Position numbers and translations under genes: made by a program | The notes under the pieces: generated by a model | The model's input: the letters and a program-made list of their open reading frames with translations, nothing else | Database searches by the model: none | Told to the model about the DNA's origin: nothing | Assembly: GCA_943788985.1 (NCBI GenBank) | Contig: CALSSJ010000012.1 | Span: forward strand, 96,001 to 160,000 | DNA length: 64,000 nucleotides | Reading direction: 5' to 3' | Source of the DNA: an uncultured Lentisphaerales bacterium | Lineage (GTDB): Bacteria > Verrucomicrobiota > Lentisphaeria > JABSQK01 > UBA12247 | Part shown: piece after piece, positions 50,141-59,724 of the stretch | Layout: every line of letters starts with the position of its first letter | How positions within the stretch are numbered: position 1 is the first letter of the stretch

Positions 50141-51256
50141 ATGTTGCCGATAAACATACCCAGTAGATTGATTGAGGCCCACCGAGGTGAACTTGATCGC
50201 GCGCTCAAGCGGGTTCTGGACTCTGGATGGCTACTGCTGGGCCCCGAAACCGAGGCATTTGAGACCGAATTTGCAGCGTTTTGCGGAGTTCGCAATACGG
50301 TCAGCTGTGCCTGCGGAACCGATGCATTGGAGCTGATGCTGCGCGCGCTGGAGATTGGCCCGGGAGATGAGGTGATCACCGCAGCGAATGCGGGCTTCTA
50401 CAGTAGTACGGCTATTCTTCGCTGTGGCGCGCAGCCTGTATACGCCGATGTCGAAGCCAACGCCTTGTGTCTGTCTGCGGAGAGTGTGGCAGATGCAATT
50501 ACGGAGCGGACCTGCGCTGTTATCGCCACGCACCTGTATGGCCAGCTTGCGGACATCGCAGCGCTTGAGAAGGTCTGCGCTGTACGGTCGGTTCCGCTGC
50601 TGGAGGACTGCGCACAAGCGCACGGAGCAAGTCGCGATGGACGCCTAGCCGGTTCCTTCGGGAGAATGGCGGCATTCAGCTTTTACCCCACTAAGAATTT
50701 GGGCGCATTGGGGGATGCCGGAGCAGTCGTGACCTCTGACGATGAGCTGGCGAAACGACTGCGCGCCTTGCGGCAGTACGGCTGGGAGCAGCGATATGTA
50801 AGCAGTCAGCCGGGGATGAATAGCCGGATGGACGAGTGTCAAGCGGCGGCCCTGCGGGTGTTGCTGCCAGCGCTTCCGGCGCGCAACGAACGACGGAAGG
50901 CAATTCGTGAGGCGGTGCTTGAGGCTGGTTCAGGAGGGAGCTGGCGGGCGCCAGGGAGCGTGGGAGAGGATCATGTCGCCCATTTGTGCATTCTACAGAC
51001 GGAGCAGCGTGAGGCTTTGGGGATGGCGCTTGCCGAGCATGAGATCAGCACGGCAATTCATTACCCGATGGCGGACTGGCAGCAGCCCGCATTAGCCGGC
51101 CGCGAAGACCAGCCACGGCTTGAGGTTACGGAGGCAGCGTGCAGGACGGTTCTGACCGTGCCATGCTTTCCGGAGATGACGGACGAGGAGACAGAGACCC
51201 TATGTCGGGCACTGCGGAGCGTTGCAGGTGAATTCCAGAAAGGAGTAGGCGTATGA
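50141..51256 (+). CDS. DegT/DnrJ/EryC1/StrS-family aminotransferase (FdtB-like)
   Basis: [45 protein letters not shown]. Confidence 0.93.
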   Translation: MLPINIPSRLIEAHRGELDRALKRVLDSGWLLLGPETEAFETEFAAFCGVRNTVSCACGTDALELMLRALEIGPGDEVITAANAGFYSSTAILRCGAQPVYADVEANALCLSAESVADAITERTCAVIATHLYGQLADIAALEKVCAVRSVPLLEDCAQAHGASRDGRLAGSFGRMAAFSFYPTKNLGALGDAGAVVTSDDELAKRLRALRQYGWEQRYVSSQPGMNSRMDECQAAALRVLLPALPARNERRKAIREAVLEAGSGGSWRAPGSVGEDHVAHLCILQTEQREALGMALAEHEISTAIHYPMADWQQPALAGREDQPRLEVTEAACRTVLTVPCFPEMTDEETETLCRALRSVAGEFQKGVGV

Positions 51257-52176
51257 GTGCAGAATTACACCTGACAGCACGTTGTGAGACGGAGAGAATC
51301 GGTGCCGGCTGCACAATCGGCCCGTTTGTCTTTGTTGCGCCTACGGCTGAGATTGGCGATGGCGTCTGCATCGATACCCATGCCAGCGTCGCTGAAGGCG
51401 CACGAATAGGCAGAAACGTCCACGTTGGAGCTGGCGTGCACCTGCCCGCCGGGATCGTTGTCGAGGAAGAGGTCAAAATTGGCATCTGCGCAGCGTTTTC
51501 GGACACTCGGATTGTGGGCACCAAGGCGTCAGGAGATGCCCCGCCAGTTCTGCGCCGAGGATGCCGTATTGGGGCCAATGCGACGGTCTTTCCGGGGGTC
51601 ACGATCGGCGAGGGGGCAGTGGTGGATGCGGGATCCGTGGTCCGGCAGTCGGTCTCTCCGCATGCAATAGTCGCTGGCGACCCGGCACGGGTGATCGGCT
51701 TTGGGGATACGCAGGAAGCGGTTGAGTCGTCGCGTCAGGGGGCCGGTCAGGTCTCACCGCAATCTTTGCGTGTTGAGGGTGTGAGCGTGCATGAGCTGCC
51801 ATTTATCAGCGATCCGCGGGGAAACCTCACGGTCGGCGAGATGGAGCGCAGTGTGCCGTTTGCCGTGCAACGGTATTTCCTGACCTACGATGTGCCGGGC
51901 GCGCATGTGCGCGGTGAACACGCGCACAAACGCTGTCACCAGTTTTTAACCTGTGTTCATGGCAGCTGTGCGGTGGTGGTGGACGATGGCACCTCGCGAG
52001 AAGAGCTGGTGCTGGATCGAGCGACGCTTGGTCTGCATGTCCCGCCCATGGTCTGGGCCTCGGAGTATAAGCATTCGCCGGATTCGGTGTTGCTGGTGCT
52101 GGCTTCGGAGTACTATGATCCGGAGGACTACATCCGAGACTACGACGAGTTTCTGCGCTGCCGGAAGGGGCGCTAG
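51253..52176 (+). CDS. WxcM-like fusion: hexapeptide N-acetyltransferase plus FdtA-type sugar 3,4-ketoisomerase
   Basis: Hexapeptide repeats, [47 protein letters not shown]. Confidence 0.9.
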   Translation: MSAELHLTARCETERIGAGCTIGPFVFVAPTAEIGDGVCIDTHASVAEGARIGRNVHVGAGVHLPAGIVVEEEVKIGICAAFSDTRIVGTKASGDAPPVLRRGCRIGANATVFPGVTIGEGAVVDAGSVVRQSVSPHAIVAGDPARVIGFGDTQEAVESSRQGAGQVSPQSLRVEGVSVHELPFISDPRGNLTVGEMERSVPFAVQRYFLTYDVPGAHVRGEHAHKRCHQFLTCVHGSCAVVVDDGTSREELVLDRATLGLHVPPMVWASEYKHSPDSVLLVLASEYYDPEDYIRDYDEFLRCRKGR

Positions 52177-54032
52177 TAGAGGTCGTCTGGGGGACGTGGC
52201 GGTGGTTTTTTTGCCTTCAAGATAATGAGCTTGTTTTGCTGGTAGATGACGGTGTATTCTCCGGAGTCAAGCAGGTCCTGGACGCGCTGGTGAGTTTCAT
52301 CTGGGGCGGAATTCCAGGCCCCTACCTGGTAGGCGTGATACTCGGTCGCCCATTGCTTGGTGTCCGCATAGTGCAAAGCCAGCCGTCGATCCAGCAGGGC
52401 ACCGCGGCAACGATCGTCCGCGGTGACCGTGGCATCGGCTGGGATGAGATGCTGCAACATCTCGAACGCGCGCTGCTGTTCTGGAAGCCGCTCGGTCTCT
52501 GGGACCATGCCCATCGTATGAGATGTCCACGGCATTAGGGACACATGAAGACTTGCGAACAGCGCAATCATCAGCCCGGCGCCCAGAAAGGGCAGCGCCC
52601 TCACTCCCGGTTTGGGCTGGCGATATACCCCGAGAATTAGGGCCAGAAACAGCAGTCCGATGGTGCCTGTCTGATAGTGGAAGGCGATGCTGAGTGATTG
52701 GTCGTCGGGCCGTAGGCAATTGAAGAGGAAGATGGGCGAGAGCATCAGCAGAAAACGCGGTGCTGCCAGGCAGCCTCCGGCGAGGGGGAGTAGCAGCAGG
52801 GCGAGCAGATGCATGGATTGGCGGTTGAACACTGCGCCGAGAATGAGCTCCGGTTGCAGGACTAGATTGAGCGCGATCTCCGGGATGGACCCCCCCAGGT
52901 TTCCCCAAAGCCCGACATGGACGTTCTGGCCGCCGGTATGCCAGGGCATGAACCACATCATGATGAGCAGGAAGTACGCGGTGCCCGCCCCGCCCCAGAT
53001 CAGTCCCGGTTTCCAGTCCTTGCGCAGCACCAAGGTCATGCCGATTCCGGCATAGTAGACGGCCATGTGTTCCTGAATCAGCATCGTCACGATGGCCGGG
53101 AGGATCGCCCAGCGGTGCTTGCCTCGGTCAATCCAGTAGGTGCTCAAAATCAGCAAGGGCAGGGCAAGGGTTACCGGATGAAAGCCATACGAATAGTTGA
53201 AAGGAAGGTGGGTTACTGCCGGATAGAGCAGGAACAGGATGGGGACAGCAAACGTGCTCCGGGCCTGCGGTGCTTCCCGTCGTGCGATCCAAAGCAGCAG
53301 CAAACCTGTACCAGCGAGCACCACGGGTTGGACTACCATAAGAAAGTCTAGGGTGGGCCAGAGCATGAACAGCGGAAGCAGGATGGCCAGCCCGGGGCAG
53401 AAATGGTCCCAGAATGGCGGCCGATATGATTCGATCTGCAGGAAGTCTCCGTGGACCAGGGTGTTTTTCAAACGCAGGTAGTAGTAGCCGATATCGCTGT
53501 AGCCCATCAGGAGCTGGCGGTACATGAGCTGCTGGTACCAGACCGACCAAGCGATGTATGCAAGACAGGCGATGATTGCAACGCCCCAGCCGAAGCGCGC
53601 GGAAACCTGTAAGGGGCCGGGCTGGCATTCTTGCAGGACCCGCCACGCGCTGTAACCGACTAGTGCGAGCATGGTGAACAGAGCGGGAAACCCCAATGTG
53701 GTATTCATGGCCAGCGGAATTAGAAACCCGTTCAGCAGCAGCAGAGGACGGGTGGCACGCAGCAAACTAGCGAGTGAGAGGGAACCGAAGCGAACGGCAG
53801 CCACCCAGAGAAGCAGATGGGCGGCGACGGCGGCCGGGATGGGGAATGAGCGCCCTGGAATCGGGAAAACTCGGTGGATCAAGACCTCGTAGGCGAATCC
53901 ATCGCAGTACATCTCCGCGACGCCCACACCAAACAACGCGAAGGCAAGCGCAAACACGCTACCGGGAGCGAGGCTTCCCCGGGCGGCATGTTTACTGGAG
54001 ACAGGCGAGGCGTTTTTTACTGGGGCGCTCAT
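52173..54032 (-). CDS. DUF2079-family membrane protein (GT-C-like)
   Basis: [24 protein letters not shown] motifs in a polytopic membrane protein. Confidence 0.8.
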   Translation of the reverse strand: MSAPVKNASPVSSKHAARGSLAPGSVFALAFALFGVGVAEMYCDGFAYEVLIHRVFPIPGRSFPIPAAVAAHLLLWVAAVRFGSLSLASLLRATRPLLLLNGFLIPLAMNTTLGFPALFTMLALVGYSAWRVLQECQPGPLQVSARFGWGVAIIACLAYIAWSVWYQQLMYRQLLMGYSDIGYYYLRLKNTLVHGDFLQIESYRPPFWDHFCPGLAILLPLFMLWPTLDFLMVVQPVVLAGTGLLLLWIARREAPQARSTFAVPILFLLYPAVTHLPFNYSYGFHPVTLALPLLILSTYWIDRGKHRWAILPAIVTMLIQEHMAVYYAGIGMTLVLRKDWKPGLIWGGAGTAYFLLIMMWFMPWHTGGQNVHVGLWGNLGGSIPEIALNLVLQPELILGAVFNRQSMHLLALLLLPLAGGCLAAPRFLLMLSPIFLFNCLRPDDQSLSIAFHYQTGTIGLLFLALILGVYRQPKPGVRALPFLGAGLMIALFASLHVSLMPWTSHTMGMVPETERLPEQQRAFEMLQHLIPADATVTADDRCRGALLDRRLALHYADTKQWATEYHAYQVGAWNSAPDETHQRVQDLLDSGEYTVIYQQNKLIILKAKKPPPRPPDDLY

Positions 54033-54265
54033 GGTGCGTCAAATCCGGGGACGTGGCGATGATCGGGTAAACTAGCTGCGGATCGCGAGGAGTCACGCAC
54101 AGGTTTCATGCTGGGCGCGGAATCTGACGCTAAGAGGCAGAAACACAGCCGCTGGTACCTTGGAAATCTGGCCATAGTTTTCAGAGTTGCGGGATTGCCG
54201 CGTGGCGCGGTGTTTCGCATGCAGCTATGTTGTCTTTTTTTTCCTCGCGCAGCGGAGTTTTACGC

Positions 54266-55303
54266 GTGCATTATTTTTCTATTTGGCATTTCATCGGGCT
54301 GACATTTCTGTTGCTTGTGGCGGTTGGCTGCAGCGAGCAGGTTGAGCGGCGCACGTATCAGGAAATTCATGTGGCTGTATCGGCACCGAGCGTGACTGAC
54401 CCTCCGGTAGGGCAGGCGCCCGTAGTTGCGAAGTCCGCAGAACTGGTTTGGGCACTCCCGCCAGGATGGCAGGAGAAGGCCAGCGCCCAATCGATGCGCC
54501 TGGTGACGTTTAGCAGTGGTGCCGATACAGATGGCTCGATCGTCGTGCTGCCCGGAGACGTGGGCGGTGAATTCGCCAATGTCCAGCGCTGGGCCGGTCA
54601 GGTCTCGGTGGAGATGAGCGATGACGAGCTCGTAACCTTCATCGCCGAGCAAGAGCGGCTCACTAGCGCTGGGGGCTTTCCCGTGCTATTGATTGACTTC
54701 TCGCGCGCAGTCGAAGATGATTCGCCTTCGATGCTGGTGGCGATCGTGGAGCTGCCACAGAAGCGAGCTTTCGTGAAGCTGATGGGAGCGGCCACAGTGC
54801 TGCGTGCGGAGTCCGCAAACTTTCGGGCGCTCTGCGCGAGCCTTGCGTCCCACATGCCGAGTGCTGAGGAGCCAGCCGAGAAAGGGACGATTGCGTGGGA
54901 CGTTCCGGAGGGCTGGTCTATTGAGGCCGCGCAGGGCATGCGCTTAGCGACCCTTCGTCCAGCGGCAGACCCCGATGGGCTGTGCACCATTATCGCGCTA
55001 GGAGGCGCGGGTGGGGGGCTGGAGCAGAATGTGGTTCGGTGGGCGCGACAGTTGAAAGCAGAGCTTGAGAAGCCAGCCGAGTTTATTGCGCGACAACCAA
55101 AACTGGATGCGCGCAGTGGCCCGCCAGTGCTGCTGGTTGATCTGCTCGAGCTGCAGCCCAAACAAGACGGACCGTCCATGCTGATAGGCGTCTGGACGCT
55201 GGAAGAGCAGACGATCTTTGTCAAGTTCAGCGGTTCGGTCTCGTTTCTGACAAGAAATCGGCAGGCGTTTCGCGCGCTCTGCCGGTCATTGAGAGTGGAG
55301 TAG
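54266..55303 (+). CDS. lipoprotein with two tandem copies of an uncharacterised domain
   Basis: Lipobox VAVGC; repeat W.(L/V)P.GW...MRL.T...GG...NV.RWA.Q...PVLL.D...SML....FVK..G...F..LC.SL occurs twice. Confidence 0.8.
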   Translation: MHYFSIWHFIGLTFLLLVAVGCSEQVERRTYQEIHVAVSAPSVTDPPVGQAPVVAKSAELVWALPPGWQEKASAQSMRLVTFSSGADTDGSIVVLPGDVGGEFANVQRWAGQVSVEMSDDELVTFIAEQERLTSAGGFPVLLIDFSRAVEDDSPSMLVAIVELPQKRAFVKLMGAATVLRAESANFRALCASLASHMPSAEEPAEKGTIAWDVPEGWSIEAAQGMRLATLRPAADPDGLCTIIALGGAGGGLEQNVVRWARQLKAELEKPAEFIARQPKLDARSGPPVLLVDLLELQPKQDGPSMLIGVWTLEEQTIFVKFSGSVSFLTRNRQAFRALCRSLRVE

Positions 55304-55312
55304 GGAAGCAAG

Positions 55313-56464
55313 ATGGCTAAGAAACAAAGCATAATCGCCCGGCTGCGGAAACGGTGGCTGGTGCAGCGTCTGATGGACTTGCGTCTGACCGTTAGCGGCC
55401 TGCTGCTGTTGATGGTCTTGACGGCCTGGGGGACTCTTTTCCAGAAGACGCACGGGCTGTGGGCAGCGCAAGAGCGATTTTTCTATAGCTGGTTCGTGAC
55501 GGTGGATGCATTTCCTGTTGCGCCGGGTGGGCGTCTGCTGTTATGGATAATGTTTGCGAACTTGCTGGCCGCAACGATCTTCCGGCTGCGCTACAAGCTG
55601 CTCAATATTGGCCAGATCCTGATTCATTGGGGGCTACTAGTGATGTTGGTCGGCTCATTTGTGACCTACCACTATGCCGTGGAGTCCACGGTGCCGTTGC
55701 ACGAAGGAGAGGCTACGAATCTATCGCAAGACTATCGCGCGTGGGAGCTGAGTGTTTGGGAAGCGCAGGCGGGCAACAGCCAGCAAGTGTACGCCTTTGA
55801 CGCGACGATGCTCGAAAGGGATATCCCGTTGGAGATCCCTGAGTTGGGAGTAGTGGTGACCGCCAAGGCGTATCATGAGAACACCAGACCGGCACCGGCA
55901 GGGACGATTCATGCGCAGAATAGCGTGGGCGAACAGCAGACACTGATGGCAGTAGAGGGGGCAAAGGACCCGCAGCGGAATTTGCCGGGCGGGCTGTTTC
56001 GCGTGGTTGCGGGGGACCAGCAGGCAGACGTGATCCTGTTTGGGGCAGACACTGCCCCAATTGAGGTCACGTTCGGGGGCAAGAAGATTTCCTTCCAACT
56101 GCGGCATCGGCGGTACGTGCTGCCATTTGTGATTTCTCTGACCGACTTCGTTAAGAAGGAACATCCGGGGACCAGCATGCCGAGTTCGTACGAGAGCACG
56201 GTCGAGTTGCGCTACGGTGAAATCGATCGGCCGGTGCGAATCTTTATGAACAATCCGCTGCGCCATCGCAACTTTACCTTCTACCAGGCATCGTTCGCAA
56301 ACACCGAGATGGGCGAGCAGTCCGTGTTTGCCGTGGTGGAGAATGTGGGCCGGCTGTTGCCCTACATTTCCAGCGGCATCGTGTTTGCCGGGCTGTTGGT
56401 GCATTTTCTCGTCATGTTTGCCATGCGTCGGGACCCGAAAGTGAAACGGAAGATGGAAGCATGA
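55313..56464 (+). CDS. cytochrome c biogenesis protein, ResB/CcsB-like
   Basis: LT.WGTL.Q, IH.GLL.ML.G, LPF.I.L.DF....HPGT.MP.SYES, MNNPLRHRNFTFYQASF. Confidence 0.85.
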   Translation: MAKKQSIIARLRKRWLVQRLMDLRLTVSGLLLLMVLTAWGTLFQKTHGLWAAQERFFYSWFVTVDAFPVAPGGRLLLWIMFANLLAATIFRLRYKLLNIGQILIHWGLLVMLVGSFVTYHYAVESTVPLHEGEATNLSQDYRAWELSVWEAQAGNSQQVYAFDATMLERDIPLEIPELGVVVTAKAYHENTRPAPAGTIHAQNSVGEQQTLMAVEGAKDPQRNLPGGLFRVVAGDQQADVILFGADTAPIEVTFGGKKISFQLRHRRYVLPFVISLTDFVKKEHPGTSMPSSYESTVELRYGEIDRPVRIFMNNPLRHRNFTFYQASFANTEMGEQSVFAVVENVGRLLPYISSGIVFAGLLVHFLVMFAMRRDPKVKRKMEA

Positions 56465-58446
56465 AAACAACCCGCCTCATTATCGCTCTTGCCGCACTTG
56501 TTCTGACAAGCTTCGGCGAGCCGCTGGATCCGTCTGCTCTCGGTCAGATTGCCATTCAACATACGGGCCGGATCAAGCCGCTGCAAACCTTTGCCCAAGC
56601 GACTCTGTTGCAGCTCAACGCCAGAAGCTCGCATCGGCTCGTTGCCGAAGACGGCGGTGGCGACGGTAAGCTGGATGCCACGGAATGGCTTGCTCAGGTC
56701 CTGTTCGAGCCGGAGCGGACGTTCTCGTACAAGACATTTCGCATTAATAACCCGCTCACAGCCGATGCATTGGGCATTGAGCGTGAAGAAAAGTTTCGCT
56801 ACAGCTTTGCTGAGCTGCGAGATGTGTTCGAGACGTTGGAGAGCCTGGCTCAGAAGGCGTCACGGCTTGAGTCTGACGAGCGTGACCCCGTAGATACCGA
56901 ACTGATCCGTGTGTATAATAATGTCCGAACTTATCTGCATCTCACGGACGCGCTGTCATTTCTGGCACCAAGTCCAAGATTCTCGGTGCCAGCGCCGGAG
57001 ATTGCTGCTGAACTGGGACTGGCTCCCGGGCGTAGCGAATACTCGTTCTACGAAGTACTCGCCACTGGCCCCAAGCTGGCGAGTGGCCTGCGCAGCGTAG
57101 ATCTGGCGGCCCCGGCCACCTGGAGTGAGGAAGAGGCGTCGCTGTTTGCCCTGGCACGCAGCCTTCACGAGGCAAACCGGATGCTGAGTACGACTGCTGG
57201 GATCTTGCACATCATTCCTGTCCCGGGTGAACCGTGGCGCCCACCGCACGCGGAGTTTTTTGCCGGCGAAGAGAGGCCTGTACTTACCGGGCTCGCCTTG
57301 ATTCGCGAGGCCTACCTACGGCGAGATCAGGCTGCATTCGACAGCGGCGTCGCGTCGCTGAATGCGGTTCTGAGCAGTCAGCTTCCGCCAGACGACGAGC
57401 AAGCACGCTATCTCCAGTCCGTACCTGTTGAGCAGATCTATAACCAACTGGATCCATTCTACTCGGCCAAGTTTCTCTATCTGTTCTCGTTGCTTGCTTT
57501 GGCGACTGGGGCGCTTTTTCTGCGTCGACCCTGCTACTGGCTCAGTGCGCTTTTACTGGTGACTGGCGGCGTGCTGCAGATCGTCGGAATCGGAATGCGC
57601 ATGTACATCACCAGCCGGCCGCCGATCACCAATCTCTACGAGACCTTCATTTTTGTTGGGGCGATCGGTTTTCTGATGGGGCTGCTGCTGGAGCTGATTC
57701 AGCGCAAAGGGATGGGGCTGCTGGTGGGCGGCATCTCTGCTCTCATCATGCTGGCAGTGAGCGGGAAGTTTGGGCAGGATGGCGACACGATGGAGGTTCT
57801 GCAAGCGGTCCTCGACTCCAACTTTTGGCTGGCGACCCATGTGGTGACGATCAACCTTGGCTATGCTGGCTGTTGTGTTGCCGGGGTGATTGGCCACATT
57901 TACCTCGTGCAGCGATTGCGCTATGCTCTGCGCCGAAACGCCTCGCGGCCGCAACCTACCGATGACGAACGCAAGGGGCTGACGGAAACCTACGCGATGG
58001 TTTTTGGAGTTTTGGCATTTGGCTTGATTTTTACTTTTGTGGGGACGGTCCTTGGCGGAATCTGGGCAGATCAATCTTGGGGGCGATTCTGGGGATGGGA
58101 CCCGAAGGAGAATGGTGCCCTGCTGATCGTGCTGTGGTGTGCTGCGCTCATTCACGCCAGACTGGGCAAGATGATTGGGCAAGTGGGAATGGCAGCTGGC
58201 GCGGTGCTGGGTATCGTGGTTGTGATGATGGCGTGGTTCGGAATCAACCTTCTTGGTGTCGGCCTGCACTCCTACGGGTTCACTTCCGGGGTGGCGCGAA
58301 ACCTGGTTGCCTACTGCGCTATTGAGGCACTTTTCCTGCTTGCGGTTGTGCCGTTGGTCTGGCATCTTGAGTGGCGAGCTGCTCGATGGATCAAGTCTCA
58401 GGCCGACGCAGCGGACACCAAGCGCACAGCGAAGGCACAAGCATGA
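56461..58446 (+). CDS. ccsA: cytochrome c biogenesis protein CcsA/ResC (System II)
   Basis: GRIKPLQT, RPPITNLYET, VLDSNFWLATHV, GGIWADQSWGRFWGWDPKE (WWD domain), GLHSYG. Confidence 0.93.
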   Translation: MKTTRLIIALAALVLTSFGEPLDPSALGQIAIQHTGRIKPLQTFAQATLLQLNARSSHRLVAEDGGGDGKLDATEWLAQVLFEPERTFSYKTFRINNPLTADALGIEREEKFRYSFAELRDVFETLESLAQKASRLESDERDPVDTELIRVYNNVRTYLHLTDALSFLAPSPRFSVPAPEIAAELGLAPGRSEYSFYEVLATGPKLASGLRSVDLAAPATWSEEEASLFALARSLHEANRMLSTTAGILHIIPVPGEPWRPPHAEFFAGEERPVLTGLALIREAYLRRDQAAFDSGVASLNAVLSSQLPPDDEQARYLQSVPVEQIYNQLDPFYSAKFLYLFSLLALATGALFLRRPCYWLSALLLVTGGVLQIVGIGMRMYITSRPPITNLYETFIFVGAIGFLMGLLLELIQRKGMGLLVGGISALIMLAVSGKFGQDGDTMEVLQAVLDSNFWLATHVVTINLGYAGCCVAGVIGHIYLVQRLRYALRRNASRPQPTDDERKGLTETYAMVFGVLAFGLIFTFVGTVLGGIWADQSWGRFWGWDPKENGALLIVLWCAALIHARLGKMIGQVGMAAGAVLGIVVVMMAWFGINLLGVGLHSYGFTSGVARNLVAYCAIEALFLLAVVPLVWHLEWRAARWIKSQADAADTKRTAKAQA

Positions 58447-59252
58447 TGAGCGAAGACATTGCCGATATTTTGCGACGCTGGCCGAACCGGCCTGGCGAGC
58501 ACGTGCGAAAGATTGTGGATGATATCGGCACTGAGAAGGTTCAGGTTCGCATTACGCAGGGGGCCTTCCAAGGATTGCTGCAAATGGAGCTCGAGGGGAG
58601 GCCGGATGGCTTGCGCCCCTACGGCTTCAAGTACTACTTGGACTACTATCGCCAGAGCCTGAGTCGGCACATCGAAAAGCACGGCTCGGAGCGTGGCTTT
58701 GCCTTGGATGAAAAGGGCTGCAAGCGCCTTTTTGAAGAAAGTCGCCGAATTTACGAGCGCTACGTCTTTCTGATTCAGATTCGGGAGTTTGGCCGAGTGG
58801 TCGATGATACCGAGCGTAACATGGGCCTGTTTCAGTTTGTGCATCAATATGCCAGCCGGGAGGAAGATCGTCTGGCCCTGCAGAAGTGGTGGCCATACGT
58901 GTTGCGGATGAATGCGGAGGCCAAGCTGGTGCCATTGATCGAGGAAAAACGATTCGAGCCTGCTGCTGCAGTCGTGCGCCAGGCGATTCGTCGAATCGAA
59001 GGTCTTGACAGTATTGACGCCGAGGAGTTTCGGCGCGAGCGTCGTCGCTCCTTGCGTTATCTGGGAGATATGGCTCGCAAACTGCGTACCCACGTTCCCG
59101 CCGAGCCATGCGAGCGTTTGCAGCAGGAGTTGCTGGAAGCGATTATCGAGGAGCATTTCGAGCGTGCGGCCGAGATCCGTGACGAACTCCGTGAACTTGG
59201 CGGTGAACTGCCGAAGCAGGCTTTGTCGAACCTGTCTGCTGTGCGAGTCTGA
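58443..59252 (+). CDS. UvrB/UvrC (UVR) motif-containing protein
   Basis: GLLQMELEGRPDG.RP, VV.DTERN; C-terminal LQQELLEAIIEEHFERAAEIRDEL UVR coiled coil. Confidence 0.85.
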   Translation: MMSEDIADILRRWPNRPGEHVRKIVDDIGTEKVQVRITQGAFQGLLQMELEGRPDGLRPYGFKYYLDYYRQSLSRHIEKHGSERGFALDEKGCKRLFEESRRIYERYVFLIQIREFGRVVDDTERNMGLFQFVHQYASREEDRLALQKWWPYVLRMNAEAKLVPLIEEKRFEPAAAVVRQAIRRIEGLDSIDAEEFRRERRRSLRYLGDMARKLRTHVPAEPCERLQQELLEAIIEEHFERAAEIRDELRELGGELPKQALSNLSAVRV

Positions 59253-59282
59253 CACAGGCCATTCGGGGTTCCTCAAGAACTG

Positions 59283-59645
59283 ATGGAGAGTGCGCGCATG
59301 CCCCTGGGGAAACCTCAATTGGCCTTGAGCGCAGTCGTCCTGACAACCGTCGCTACGCTTGCGCTGGTCCAGCTTTCGACCGAAATTCTGGAATCGTATG
59401 TTTTGGGTATCTTCGTCGCTACGCCGTTGATTTGCGGTGCCCCGTTTGTCCTGAGCTACAACTGGCAACATGAGCCGGTTTTTGGCGAGTCCATCTTCAT
59501 CCGTACAATGATGGAGCCAGAGCCGTATTGGGGCTGGCTGCGCGATGAGCTGATTCACTTGATCCACAAAATGGTGTTGAACCACATCAAGCACGCGTTG
59601 GAGACGAAAGCCAGCTCGGTGCTCTCACGGAGCTGGATTGGTTAG
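59283..59645 (+). pseudogene. probable internally deleted remnant of a membrane/SRPBCC-like protein
   Basis: N-terminal TM (Y..GIFVATP) joined directly to a C-terminal-type YW.W..D..IH.IH..VL.HIK segment. Confidence 0.35.
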
Positions 59646-59724
59646 GCTACTGCTGCGGCGGTTGTATTCACCACAATGACAGTTACTGACACCGTACTTG
59701 TTCGCTTATTAACCGGAGGCTTGA

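Noticed and set aside
58398..59594. Long antisense ORFs (also 276..1322, 9822..10775, 17242..18159, 42946..43932, 57553..58440)
   Set aside because: Shadow ORFs opposite well-supported genes in GC-rich DNA; no recognisable motifs.
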